This document shows, piece by piece, positions 13,619 through 26,407 of a DNA stretch of 64,000 bases. Location of the stretch: positions 1-64,000 of the forward strand of contig CT868474.1 of NCBI GenBank assembly GCA_000165425.1, in the 5' to 3' direction. Made by a program: the position numbers and the translations under genes. Under the pieces are notes generated by a model, which was not told the DNA's origin, did not search any database, and saw only the letters and a list, made by a program, of their open reading frames with translations. The first letter of the stretch is position 1, and every line of letters starts with the position of its first letter. The DNA is from Paramecium tetraurelia. Its lineage: Eukaryota.

Positions 13619-15340
13619 ATGTTTGAATTATGGATTAATACATCATTTTTTTCTTCTCAAACTTGTTTTTTGAGATCGAAACCAATAGCCTTACACTACT
13701 CTCTTCTTTATTGTGTTTTGTCACTACTTCAACGAAGGTCTAAAATGCTTAAAAATAATGGACTTAATTTATCATAAAAAGCTGAAGACCATACATATGG
13801 TTGTATTGAAAGTCAAACCTTAAATCCTACAAAGGAGATAGATATCGAGCATATTCTTGCAGATTATAAGTTTATGAAAATGTTAAAAGATCCTAAAGTC
13901 TATCCCTACTTATTCCCAAAAAGAAATTAGGCTTAAGTTTTCTTTTTTGATAATCAATATTTTTAGAAATATAAATCTAAATAGTAATTATGGAAAAACC
14001 GTGTTTCTCAAAGTAAATCTTAGTATTTTTCAATAATTCAGCAGCAAGAACATTTTTTATTTAGCAGATCCATATATTTTCTCTTTAAAGGTGATTGTAA
14101 ATTGTAATATCCATCTAAAACAAGTGATAAGTGTGTTTTTTCAATGAAGATTTAATGTTGATATTTGATTTTTTCAGAAAACTTTGATTCCACGTCAGAA
14201 GATCTAGAAGTAATATCCATTAACACTGGTTTCCACACACCTACAAAGGCTCCAATTGCTAAAGTTTTATCGGCTACAATTAGTCCTTAGAATAAAGAGT
14301 AAGGTATGCAATCTATTTTTTCTTTCGGAATTGGAGAACCCAATGAAATCCAATATATGTAGTTAAATTGGCTAATTGGCTATCTTAATTAAGGACAAAC
14401 AGAATTAGGAGTAGTTCATGAAGATTCTAAAAATGCTAAACTCAATACATTTTAATCAACTTGGAGATCAACCAAGTGCAGTCATTCCTTTTTTCACAGT
14501 TCTTAAATATACTATTTTGGATAAAAATTTCAAGACATCCTTCTTTTATTCATGAACTTGATAGTTTTTTGCGGTTTTCTTGGTTTCTTTCAAGGTTTCA
14601 TGAATAAAGTTTTATCTATTTTCTAGTTCTATTTCTAACAATAATGGTTCAAACTTCAGAATTCTTAAGAATATCATCTCTTCCATTTAGATTAAATTCA
14701 TTCTCGTTTTCTTATTCCTCAGTAAACGTATAAACTTTTCCGCTAATCATTTTTTTACTCAAACTCTCTTTCCACATCCATTTAGACTACAATCGAATTT
14801 CGATTCCTACATTCCTCCTTTGTTTATCAAATTATTTCTAAAAATCAGTTAGTTTGGTTCTTCAAATTTTGATTTGTTGTGATCGTCTTCTCTTGTTAAC
14901 CCAAATACACGACTTATAATCGATGTCAATGATGAAGTTCCCACATTTATTTATCATCTTTCTTTTTTTTTAAAATATAGGAATCCAAATAATCTGAGTG
15001 CAATTTTAACTCTCAAATGAGTCAAATGTTCTATCTGATAGTTAGCTATATGAGCATAAAACAAATTTTGTTTATTTTCGATCATTTTTCTTGGTATTGC
15101 TACATTAAACAATCTCATCAAATTTTATTTTATATAAATATGCTGATCATCACTATCCTCTCCTCTCATCTAATAATATTTCTTTGTAATTTGAACTTCT
15201 TATATATCCCATTTATAGAATCAAAGATAATCATATGTTTATAAATAACCATGTTTTTTACAAACAACTGTCATTCTTAAAAATTCTCAACTTAGATTAA
15301 GACTTGTATATCATTAATTGTCTCCTATTATTACAACATC
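13619..15340. pseudogene. Probable decayed coding sequence(s)
   Basis: + frame from ATG 13619 has a TGA at 14159 (removable by a possible 21-nt intron) and runs to ~14872; from ~14460 the minus strand carries purine-rich protein-like fragments in shifting frames; no coherent product. Confidence 0.3.
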
Positions 15341-15417
15341 ACTAGAAATTTTCAATATATTATATTTATAAATTGTTTATTAGAAAATCTAAGCTAATAA
15401 AAATTTTATTAATTCAA

Positions 15418-16002
15418 ATGAAAATATCTGACGAAATCATTCTAATGTATAATATTCTAAGAATTCTGGGCTGGAGTCAAACTATGGCCTTAATAATTTA
15501 CTAAACCAAACATGATATTGATGACATTTCAAATATTTTAAACATAGTCAAAGCTTTGACTATTGGAAAATGTTTCGAAATTGTTTTCATTAAACAATGC
15601 CAAGTTTTCTCTCAAAGGAATATATTGAAATATTACATATTTCTAATGAGGCTCATATTTTAATGGTATTTCATGAGACCCTAATTATGTTTTTGCTCAT
15701 TTAGACAGACTATTAGTGGTTGGGCATTTATGGAAATTACTGAATCATTGTATTACGTCAGCAAATCTGAATTTATGAAAAAATTATTTTCGCTTTTAAT
15801 ATTTATCTTTGTCCCATTTACTTTAATAGGAATGATTAGAGTGATAAATCGAATAATTGAAAAACAAGAATAAGAAGATTATTTCAAGAGATTATTCCAA
15901 TCGATTCTTGTAATATTTGTTGCTATTCAACTTTATATCAATTTTAAAAGAATTGATTTTGGATAAAGCAAGGTAGGAATTCGTAAAACTAAAGCATTTT
16001 GA
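15418..16002 (+). CDS. PTPLA/Phs1/HACD-like multi-pass membrane protein (divergent)
   Basis: 194 aa, intronless; YNILRILGW, FEIV, MRLIFQWY, GWAFMEITESLYY follow the HACD layout; catalytic segment altered. Confidence 0.65.
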
Positions 16003-16165
16003 TTAACTTAATTATATTTATAATTAGAACGCTATATAACTATTTCACTAAGCTATATAAGATATCATAAACTGATTTAAACAATTCAAAATGAAATTAC
16101 GAGACAATTTTCATTAATTAATGAAAAATATGTTCTTAAAATAAATGTTTTCTCTTTCATTTCTT

Positions 16166-16229
16166 AATCTCCTTTAATTACCATATGGATTATTAATAAT
16201 CTCCTTTATTTGCCATATGGATTATTAAT
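16166..16229. repeat. Intergenic tandem duplication, 2 x 32 bp, each with palindrome CCATATGG
   Basis: aatctcctttaattaccatatggattattaat / aatctcctttatttgccatatggattattaat (2 mismatches). Confidence 0.9.
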
Positions 16230-16335
16230 TATCTATAAATATATGTTATGGTTGAGATTCAACAATAATTTCTTGTATTTTGGCAATCATTTCATTATAA
16301 TTAAGAATTGAAAATAATTATTATTCAGTCAATAA

Positions 16336-18805
16336 ATGCAGCTTATAAGTGATCGTGAAGATCCAGAACACTTAATAACCTAGGGAGCATGTTCTGTAGA
16401 CATTCCAATATAAAGAAACAGACCCTCCTCTCAATATATGTTTCACGGTTCCTAGAACAGAAAATTAAAAACTTAAACTACTGTTTCTATATTTGGGTAT
16501 TGCAGTTGATTAATTGACAGGACATTTAATACCTAAGAAGATAAAACTACAATAACTAGAGATACTAGGAGTGTATTTGTAAGGATTGTAAGAAAATTGA
16601 TCATCATATAATGTTTTTTTGATTCATTAGAATAATATCGAAAGGAGAGATTGTAATAGAGAATAGAGTTTTATTTTTAAAAAAGAACGAAAATGATTCC
16701 ATTTTATCCAGATGATTGCTTTATTGTTTTGTGGATGAAAGTCATAACCCTACTGTAATTTTGCTCATGCATAATTTACCCGCTGTTTATTACATTCAAT
16801 TAGTTAGAAGGAGACTTACAAATCATAGTGATTATTTTGGATATATTTTTCTCATTAGACATGCTGTTAACATTTTTGACAGCATACATCGATGAAACAT
16901 CTTCATTAAAAATAAATATTTTTGATATTGCAACACATTATTTAAAAACATGGTTCACCTTTGATTTAATATCAATTTTTCCTTGGATTTAATTAGGTTT
17001 GGATGATTTGAGATTTTTCAGGCTTTGCAGAATATTAAAATATTTTATATACAAATAAAAGCATAGCTATAAAGGTTAAGCAGAACAACAAAAAGTGGTG
17101 CCATCATTTATGCCAGATAATAATATATAATTGAAGGAAGGAATTAAGTTTATAATTGATGTTATGGTGACAGCTTTTCTATTGATTCATATATTTGCTT
17201 GTGGATATCATTATTTGCTAGAGATAGAATATATAGATGCCTTTTATCAGTCTACTCAAACCATAACTACTATTGGATATGGTGATAGTTCTAAATTCAT
17301 AATTTACGAATATCAAACTTTATGGCTGATTGTAGGAGTAGGGTTTTATACTTTTACAATAGGAGATTTTGCATACATGATGTAAAGATCAGGGATTAAT
17401 TAGGATGATGAATGCTATTTCTAATTAGAATAATTGTGTTATGTATCTGATTTCCCAGAAAAGATAAAAAATTAGTTTTAGAGATTCATATCAACCAATT
17501 TAAATAATAATGCCTTCTGGTCAAGTTACCATAAGAAAATGGTTCACGATTTGCCATATTAAATATAAAACTATTTGGTTTTAAGTGGAATGCTTCAAAT
17601 TTGTGAGGCTGTGCCTTTCTTTATGCAGGATATCAATTTTACAATAGAATTACTAAACAATGTCCAATTCTTTGTAATAGAAGAGAATGATCTAATTTAT
17701 AGAGAAGGATAGAATTCGAATGAGATTTATTTTTTATTACAGGGCGATGTGAGAATTATGACAAAGAAAAAATTCACCTTATTAAATATCTTGGAAGGTA
17801 CAATGTTCGGAGAATTCGAAGCGATAGAAGAAACACTAAGAGCGACTTACGCTGTAGCTCTATAAAGATCGTTGATTTTAAAAGTTGATTATGCAATATT
17901 AGAAAAATCTATGAAGATGAGTCCAAATTTATACTTTGAAGTTTAGCAATTATTTCATAGAAGACGCAAATTGCTGATAAATAATTTAAAAGTTGAGAAA
18001 TGTATGTATCTATGAACCATATTAGTTAGCTTAACGAAACAAGATTAGGAGATCGGTTTTAATACAATTCAGCCATGAATAATTGCAATATACTAGATAA
18101 GAGATGAAAAAGTAAAGAGAAATAAGAGAACTAAAAAATATTAACGAATATAATCAATTGGTACTCCAGTTATTGATAGATAAAAAGAGACATAAATATG
18201 ACTAATTATTAGCAAGATTTAAGTCTGTTGTGTTTCGAATTATTCATTTCAATTAATAATTGAATCGAACTCCTCCAGAAGATTGGAAAGATTTAGATAA
18301 TTACAACTTAATTAAGAGAGTATTTCCACTGCGTTGTTTGTCAGATAAGTTTTAAATATTTTTTCGGAAATCCTCATCAGTCCATAGTTAATCAGTTCAT
18401 CGAAGTTCTATTCGGCGAAGAATTGACAATGAGAAATATACTAAGTATCATTGGAGACTAAGTGATGTTTAAATAAAATAGATTATTTTAATGCATAACA
18501 AAAGATCAGTGAAAGTATATCCAACTTTAAGCAACATCGTTTCAACTTACTAAGGAGGTACTGTAGCATCTTCTCCTTAGAGAATAAATAGGTATTACCC
18601 AAGATGGATAAAAGATTTGGTGTAAGAGGAATACACTTCAGAAGAGATGGAACAATTTATATGGAAATATAATCAAATCAATAAAAGATTAGATAGAATA
18701 GATAAAATGTGGACGAAAGGATTAATCCTCAAATTTGACAAGTTTAAGTTGAAAAGTTAGAATGATTTAGATCATCTTGATACGGAATCTTCAGATGAAA
18801 AATGA
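16336..18805 (+). CDS. Cyclic-nucleotide-binding-domain K+ channel (KCNH/CNG-like)
   Basis: FYPDD..W before S1, S4 LRFFRLCRILK, pore TITTIGYGD, C-linker, CNBD (IYREGQNSNEIYFLLQGDV, GTMFGE); short introns. Confidence 0.92.
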
Positions 18806-18945
18806 AACCTTAATGAGCATCTGCTTCTTTTTCTTTTCAATTCTTTTATGATTATTTATATGAAATTTTTTAATGAATTACTTTTTTTAAGAACATAAGT
18901 TAAGTTTCCTTTACAATTATTATTTTATTTGTCTATAATTACTGA

Positions 18946-20725
18946 ATGAATGCTGCTAACTTAAATTTAGAAAGAGACAATTATAAGGATTTATTGAAGA
19001 GTATAAAGGATGAATCAATGCAACTGGCCATACGACATCAAAGCAATTCATAACATGTTTTGGAGAAAAAAAGGAAATAAAAAACTGAAACTGATCATAA
19101 ATTCACGTTGGCTCTTCCAAGCATAGAAAACAGTACCTTAGAAGATATTTCATCTCATTTTCATTCCATTCGAAGAAGCTAACCAGGAGGATTTTGTGAA
19201 TTAATAGCCAATAAATCTTAATAAAAGTTTATTTAGCAAAGCTTTCTAGAATTACAAAGAAACAAAATGTCTCAAACGTATAGAGACATTAATTTAAGCG
19301 AAAGGAAATTTAAATCCATGCAACGTAAAGTTCCTCATCGAGAACCATTAACATTAAAATATTTAGAAAAATAATTAGGAATATCGAAAACCCCAGAAAA
19401 ACAAATTTTGCCCACTGTTTAAAGACAATAATAATAGAAAAGAAAGATTACAGAGGAGGACATCAAAGAAGAATAGCCAATTGTCTCATTTTTTGAAGAA
19501 ACTTTAAACTCTTATTCTTACGCTGTCCCTAGTAGAAGAGAGTCTGCCTAGATTGGAGTTGTCAGAGATAGAATGTACGTCTATGGAGGAATGAGTGGAG
19601 CTGGAATAAATAATGAAATTTGGTGGTTCGATTTAAGTAAATATTTAAATAAAGCCAATAGAAAAGCAGGAATGGAGTAATTATTGTTCAAATGTTTAAT
19701 TATTTATAACCAGCCATTCAATGGTGGTATGGAAATAGTTTCTAGTGTTATTTGGAGGATCTGGGTATTATGATCATAAAATGAAAATCAGGTAAGTGTA
19801 TTCCACACTCGGATTCTTTAATACAATAACTAACTAGTGGACAACATCTTTGGAATCAGTGGAACCCAGAAGAGAACATAAAGCTTCAATACTCTTTGGA
19901 AAATTGATGGTAATAACAGGTGGATTAGATTCAGCAGAAAAACTACTGGATGACACCTTAATTTATTCTTTGGAGTCTAAGAGATGGACTGGTTAGAAAT
20001 TGATATTCGAAGAAGGAATTGCATAGCATGCTTAATGCACCGCATATGATAATAAGAGAAATATTGAAACTGTTTATATTTTTGGTGGATAAACTGCAAA
20101 ATTGAACTCATTTCCTTTAATGAAGATGACATTTTACGGGCTTCATCCTGTTGGTTGGGAGAAAGTGTAATATTCAGGTTAAGCACCTGAGGGTAGATAC
20201 AATCATACCATGGAGAATGTTGGTGATTATTTGATTCTGATTGGTGGCAGATCCTAAGAGAAGAAGGAATACTAGAATGAGATCTATATTTTCCATCTTC
20301 AAAAGAGTTATTGGACTATAGCTTAAAGATAAGGGTTGTAAACAAAAAGATGGAGTCATTCTAGTTGTGTATATGGTAGCAACATCCTATGTTTTGGAGG
20401 AATAGGTGAAAATACATATTTGCCTCCTCACATTTATTAAATAGAAACTGATAACTTCAAAATCAAAGGCAAGATTGTGGTTGTTAAACCATTATCAACT
20501 ATAGATGAAGAATTCGCTAGCAACAGTCCTCCTATGATAATCACAAGAGAGTAGGAGTAAGATTCTAAGAAGGTTTGTCGATTGGAGAAATTCAGAAAAG
20601 CAAGAAAAATGTATGAACAAATTACAACTTATTTGCCGTTGCCTAAGTTGAAAACACCTAAAATGAGATACGATCTCTTAATTCATTTTGTTAAGAACGT
20701 ACTGAAATAAATTGGTTATATCTGA
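18946..20725 (+). CDS. Kelch-repeat protein with long N-terminal extension
   Basis: PSRRES..MYVYGG, VLFGG, PRREH..VITGG, LYIFGG, HTME..ILIGG, RWSHSS..LCFGG. Confidence 0.88.
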
Positions 20726-20807
20726 ATATAATTAGAATAAATATTCTATTCATTTTAAATTTAAATAATGGTAATATAATTATTTTATTGAAATTATATA
20801 TACTCAT

Positions 20808-22943
20808 ATGGATGCCATGAGTTGTAATGTCTGCGGAAATAGATTGGTTATTAAGGGTATTTCACTTGTTTGCACTGGATGTGGAAATGCTACTGTATGA
20901 AAATATCACTTATAATTAGAGAAGCAATCATATATTCTCAACTGAACAAGAATATTAAAAATAAATACTCAAAAGAACTACCTCGCATATAATGCAAAGG
21001 AGAGAAAGAGAAATTCAACTCAATCTTACATTATCAGAACACATTAAATAAAATTGGATATAATATTTAGCAGCATTTACTAAGTTTATTAATTTTATAG
21101 GAAAGCAACTAAATTTAGATATCAAACCACTTTTTTCAAGATATTTGCATCATCACATCAATCAGCCGGTCAATTCAAATTGGACTATAGCAAGGAAGGG
21201 ACATTAAGCATTTTCTGAGAATAGAGTTGTCAATTCCAAATACAAATTTAATAATTCCAATACAGAATCAACACTCAATATTAAAGTAGAAGATGACTTT
21301 GATCATGATTTCGAAAAATAACTATAAAATAATTTTACACAGGATTAATAAAATTAAAGTTCTATAATAGAAATTTAATAAATTAAAAAGAAAATATCCA
21401 AACCAAAAACACCATTCTATTAAAAAAGAGTCATCAAACTTTAATTAAAATAAGGAAGTAATCTAGGTTAAACTCTTTCTAAAAGAAAACAATCAGTCCA
21501 TAGAAAAGGATCTCAGATACTAGACATTCCTGTTAATTAAGATAAATCAACATTTATTAATGGTTTACTTTCTTCAACTAATCTTACAAATACAATTTAT
21601 TATGCTTTGATTGAAATCTATTTTGAAAAATACTACAGTACCACAACCAATGATTTAAATTTGGCAATCAAAAAGATTAAAAACATTAAAACTAATTCAA
21701 ATAATACTCAAATTCTCTCCCTTAAATCAATAAGCTAAGAATTGCTTTAAGAAATGTCTCCCTTCTTATAAAAAGAGTATGTATTAGTTTAAGATATCCT
21801 AATTTATATGTTAGGATGCCCAAATAGTTTTTACGAGATGTCTGAACAGTGGAATCATTTTGATTTCAAGACTCTCAACAAAAATCTAAAGAAAAGAAAT
21901 GTGAATTTTATTTCCAGAAAAATAAAGTACATTTAACAATTTTTGAAATCCTGTTAATAAAAGGAAATAAACACATAGGAAACTGATGTAACAGTCAATA
22001 TAAACAACAAACTTTTTTCAAAAAAAAAATTAAATCTGATACCATTAGATTTTACTTTTGGGCTAATTCTGATATATGCTACAAATCTGATCTAAGGAAA
22101 TAAGTTATTTCCAAGCAAATTAATCTAATTGATAAAACAAAAAGAAATCAATTATTTGGAAGGGTTTTCTCATTTAATGGGTGACACTACAAATCAATAT
22201 TTAACAATCCCTTAGCATCTGCCTAAATCTGGATTCATTAGACATCAAGCTGTGAAATTATTAAAACAATTTAATATTGAATATTAGGAATCTAATAGAG
22301 AATAGTTTTTAGATATGTTCAAAAGCATTTGCATTGAATTGAAAATATCTCAATAAATCTATAGTATTGCATTGACATTTGAGTAAAAGTACTTTATCAA
22401 TTTCAATATTCATAATAGTCAACACGATATCTATTCTTGTAGTTTAATCTTGTTGGCATTTAAATATTATATTTACATTGATAAGTTAAGCGCAATTAAA
22501 GATTTATCTTTGGTTTTTGAATATTGCAAGAATATCTAACCTTACGATTACAAAGATTTAGAGGATTGTACCCTAGAAAATTTAAGATAAAAATTGAATG
22601 CTTTATAAAATTTTGATCAATATTACGGTGATAGGGATCTGAATATAAAGTTGAATTCAAAATTATAATAATTAGATAGTTATTTTGAATAGCAAATAAT
22701 ACAAGAATATCATAAGCAGGTTTAAACTGTCGAGATAACAAATGAAGTCAAAATAAATATCATTCATGAGGATTGGGACTTTTATAAAACAGGGGATTTT
22801 GAGTTTGAGGCTCCAGAAGTAAGATTTTTGGAGATGAAATTAAGTAATTACATTGACGATGATGAAAATTCTATAATTAATTTATTTCATGAATTGGAAA
22901 GAGTCTTGGTATGATCAATTGTGTATAGCAACAGGAATAATGA
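20808..22943 (+). CDS. Putative RNA polymerase I initiation factor Rrn7/TAF1B (TFIIB-like)
   Basis: N-terminal Zn ribbon CNVC-x12-CTGC; GLILIYATNLIQGNKLFPSKLIQLIKQKEINYLEGFSHL and DIYSCSLILLAFKYY resemble TAF1B/Rrn7 cyclin-fold blocks; ends at TGA 22914, or 22943 if a 20-nt intron is spliced. Confidence 0.6.
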
Positions 22944-23005
22944 AAATACTTAAATAAATATCTTATGATTATGTTATTTTAATATGATTATTATATGAAA
23001 ATTCT

Positions 23006-23264
23006 TCACTGCAGATGCACTGTCTCAGCATAGTTGATTAAAAATCTCATATGAGTACTTGATGCTCCGGCATGGTAAACAGCACATTTCTCTATAGAAA
23101 TTATTAAATTTGATTAGATTACTTAAACATTCTGTTTCGGACTCATTAAAATCTCTATTCACTTTTAATGCTCCACATCTTTTACTGCAATCTTTGGTTG
23201 CTCTTGTCATATAATGCAATGCTTAAGCACCAACTCCCCAATCAATTTCTTGTTCTTCAGACAT
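23006..23264 (-). CDS. Small Tim chaperone (Tim8/9/10/13 family)
   Basis: 75 aa with twin CX3C: CSKRC-x15-CLKKC after removing a 31-nt intron; Glu before the second motif. Confidence 0.8.
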
Positions 23265-23642
23265 TCGATGAAATGTTTAATATTAAAAATATTAATACTT
23301 GATTGAATATAATTAAATTTTATAGCATTCCAAATAAGTACAAAAAGGTTTATGTGGACTGTATCAATGGGTCATATAATATTGACTTATTTATTAAAAG
23401 ATCAATAAGTTGTCTAATGATTTGAGAGGAGTTAAGTGAGTGAGATAGTAGAATTCTCAATTTTAGCTTCCTGAGTTATAAAAAATGGGGGAATAAATTT
23501 GTTACTATTTAAAAATATATTTGAGATTGGTTGAAGGATGATTTAATTTATTTAATTAAAGAGTAGAATGAATATAAATAATAAGTATTTAAGTTTTATA
23601 GAAAATAGAATGTATACCGTGAATAATTTTTTATATATTAAA

Positions 23643-25978
23643 ATGCAAAATAAATTATTGGATAAAGTTTAGGAGGAAAACGCTAGCAACAAAATGAGCA
23701 AATTGTTCAAAGGAGGCTAAAATGATTATTATGTTTCAATGAAAGAGGAAGATAGCCATTAGATTGAAATGAACAAAATTTAGAGAAAGAAAGTGTTTTT
23801 ATCAGGTAGTGAGGATGAAGAAGAAAGATTGCCAATACCAATAATTAAATAGGAGGATAATAAATGTAAGATGATTGTTATTCTATTAGAAATGTAAGTG
23901 TATCAGCAACCAGAGATGAGGAAGAGTGACATTTTAGATGAAGTGCCGTCATAAGAAAATATGGATGGGTTAAATGGGATGGGACAATTTGAGCTCTCTC
24001 CCATTAACATCCAAGCTGGAAAAAAGAAAAACAAAACCAAGAAAAACAAATCAAAAAAGAAAAAAGTGAAGCATCGAGCATTACCATTCAGTTGGAATAC
24101 TTATAAATTCTTATTACACTATCCCTTATAACATTTAAAACTAACTATATTAGTGAATGTATTGATAGTATTATCAGCTGTAGCACAAATGTTATTACCT
24201 TGGATACTTGGTAGATTGATTGATGCAATCACTAAGAATGTGTAATAAACTCAAGGTTCAGACACAGATCCAATAAATAATAAAGATATTCCCAATAATC
24301 TTATTGACGAGGAATTACATACAAAATTATCAAAACAATTTTTATATGTATTGGCAACTTATACTGTTCTATCCTTAGTACGAGCATTTGCCAATTAAAT
24401 ATGGTAAGAACAAATATACAATGATATGAGGGAGGATGTGTTAAAATCCTTTTTATCCTTTGATTTAACCTTCTTTAACACATATAGGAATGGTGAAATT
24501 ATATCTAGAATGACAAATGATTTACAATCTGCTAAATCAGCTGTCAGTGGAAATATTATTTTACTAATAAGAAATTGTTGTTTGACAATTTTCAATATAA
24601 TAATCTTATTCGCATTGTCTTGGAAAGTGACATTGGCAATTTTAGCACCTATGCCCTTGTATACTGTTCTCACAACAATTCATACAAGACTCGGAAAGAA
24701 GTTCGAAAAATTAGGTTAAGAATACCAAGCAAAACTGACAGCCTTGGCAGATGAGATAGTATCAGGAGTAGTTACAGTAAAGAGTTTTTGCACAGAACAA
24801 TTTGAAATCAAGAAATTTCACAAATAATTAGATTTAAATATTAAATTGGCATAAAAGAGAGGAGTAAATAATGGATGCTACTAAGCATCGAGTGCTTTAT
24901 TTACCTAATTAGGTTCCTTAATAGTTTTATGGTATGGAGGTAGATTAGCAATGAATAATTCAGCAGAACTATCAGCAGGGTATAATATTATCAATATTAT
25001 TTTAGTGACTTAACTACTATAATCTTATATTCAATACAATTATCTACATCCAGTTCAAATATAAGCGAATCCTTTGCTAAGATTGTGAGTGCTACTGGAG
25101 CATTTGAAGGAGTTCTTGATATGCTTAGATGGGAGTCTCTTGTAAAAGAAGCACCTGATGCTATAGATCACATAACCCCAACAGGAGAGATTTAATTTAA
25201 AAAAGTCGTGTTTTCATATCCAAACTCTTAAGTTTAAGTGTTGAAAGGAATCTCCCTCAAAATAAACAAAGGAGAATATGTAGCATTTGTAGGACCTAGT
25301 GGCAGTGGAAAGTCTACAATTATGCATTTGTTAGAGAGATTTTATGATCCATAATAAGGTTCCATATATTTTGATGAGATTAACATTAAATAATTCAAGC
25401 TCAAGGCTTTGAGAAAGGCCATAGGATTGGTCTCTTAAGATCCAGTATTATTCGAAGGAACGATAGAATCAAACATTATTTATGGAACTGAAACCTATAC
25501 AAAGGATGACTTTGAATGGGCTACTAAGGCTGCTGGAGTGTGGTAATTCGTTTCTGATAAATTCAAATTCCCTCATGGATTTGATACTTTTGTTGGAGAA
25601 CATGGTTACACATTAAGTGGAGGTCAGAAGTAAAGAATAGTCATTGCCAGGGCCTTATTGAAGAGGCCAAAGATATTAATCTTTGATGAAGCAACATCAG
25701 CTCTAGATGCAGAAAGTGAATTTCAAGTTCAAACTGCTATCGATGAGTTAATTTAAAAAGGAAGCAAAAATATTACTGTTCTAGTGATTGCTCATAGGTT
25801 GAGTACGATTGTCAATTGCAACAGAATTGTTGTATTACAAAATGGTGTAGTAGCAGAGCAAGGAACACATTAAGAATTGCTGAACAATCCTGATGGAATT
25901 TATAGACAGCTGGTAGAAAGACAACTATCGGGAGTTATTGATTCAAAGGACAATGATGGAGATTCGGAAGCTTAATGA
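23643..25978 (+). CDS. ABCB-family half transporter (TAP/ABCB9/ABCB10-like)
   Basis: TMD with [17 protein letters not shown]; Walker [11 protein letters not shown]-loop [33 protein letters not shown]. Confidence 0.95.
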
Positions 25979-26026
25979 TATGAAATTTTAATTATTTTAT
26001 TTAACAAAAATATTATTTATTATTTG

Positions 26027-26404
26027 ATGCAATTAATCAAATCATTCATATTGGCACCTAAACAAGAATATAATAGACATGAAGCCTAGTTCATTCAAAG
26101 GTTTATGAAGATACTCGAAGAGGAACTCATTGTTTAGCATTCCAACAAATAATCTATTTAAAGAGAAAATTGCAACAACAAAATACCCTCGATTGTGAAT
26201 CATCGATTAAGATCCTACAGTACTAATGTCTAGAGTACTAGTAAATTAAATGATTAACTTCATATATCCTAAATCGAAAAGACCAAAAAATCGAAAATAG
26301 AGTTGCTACCAAAATTATCCATTAGATAGTTTGAATTTAAGGACATTGAAAAGCCGTACAGGAAAAGAAAATTAATCTAAAGTAAAAAGAATATAAAATA
26401 ATGA
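26027..26404 (+). CDS. Hypothetical basic protein (125 aa)
   Basis: ATG..TGA, 126 codons, typical ciliate composition, fills the gap between neighbours. Confidence 0.6.
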
Positions 26405-26407
26405 CAG

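Noticed and set aside
23415..23478. Possible box C/D snoRNA (ATGATTT...CTGA)
   Set aside because: Poor box C, weak terminal stem, and no rRNA complementarity I could identify
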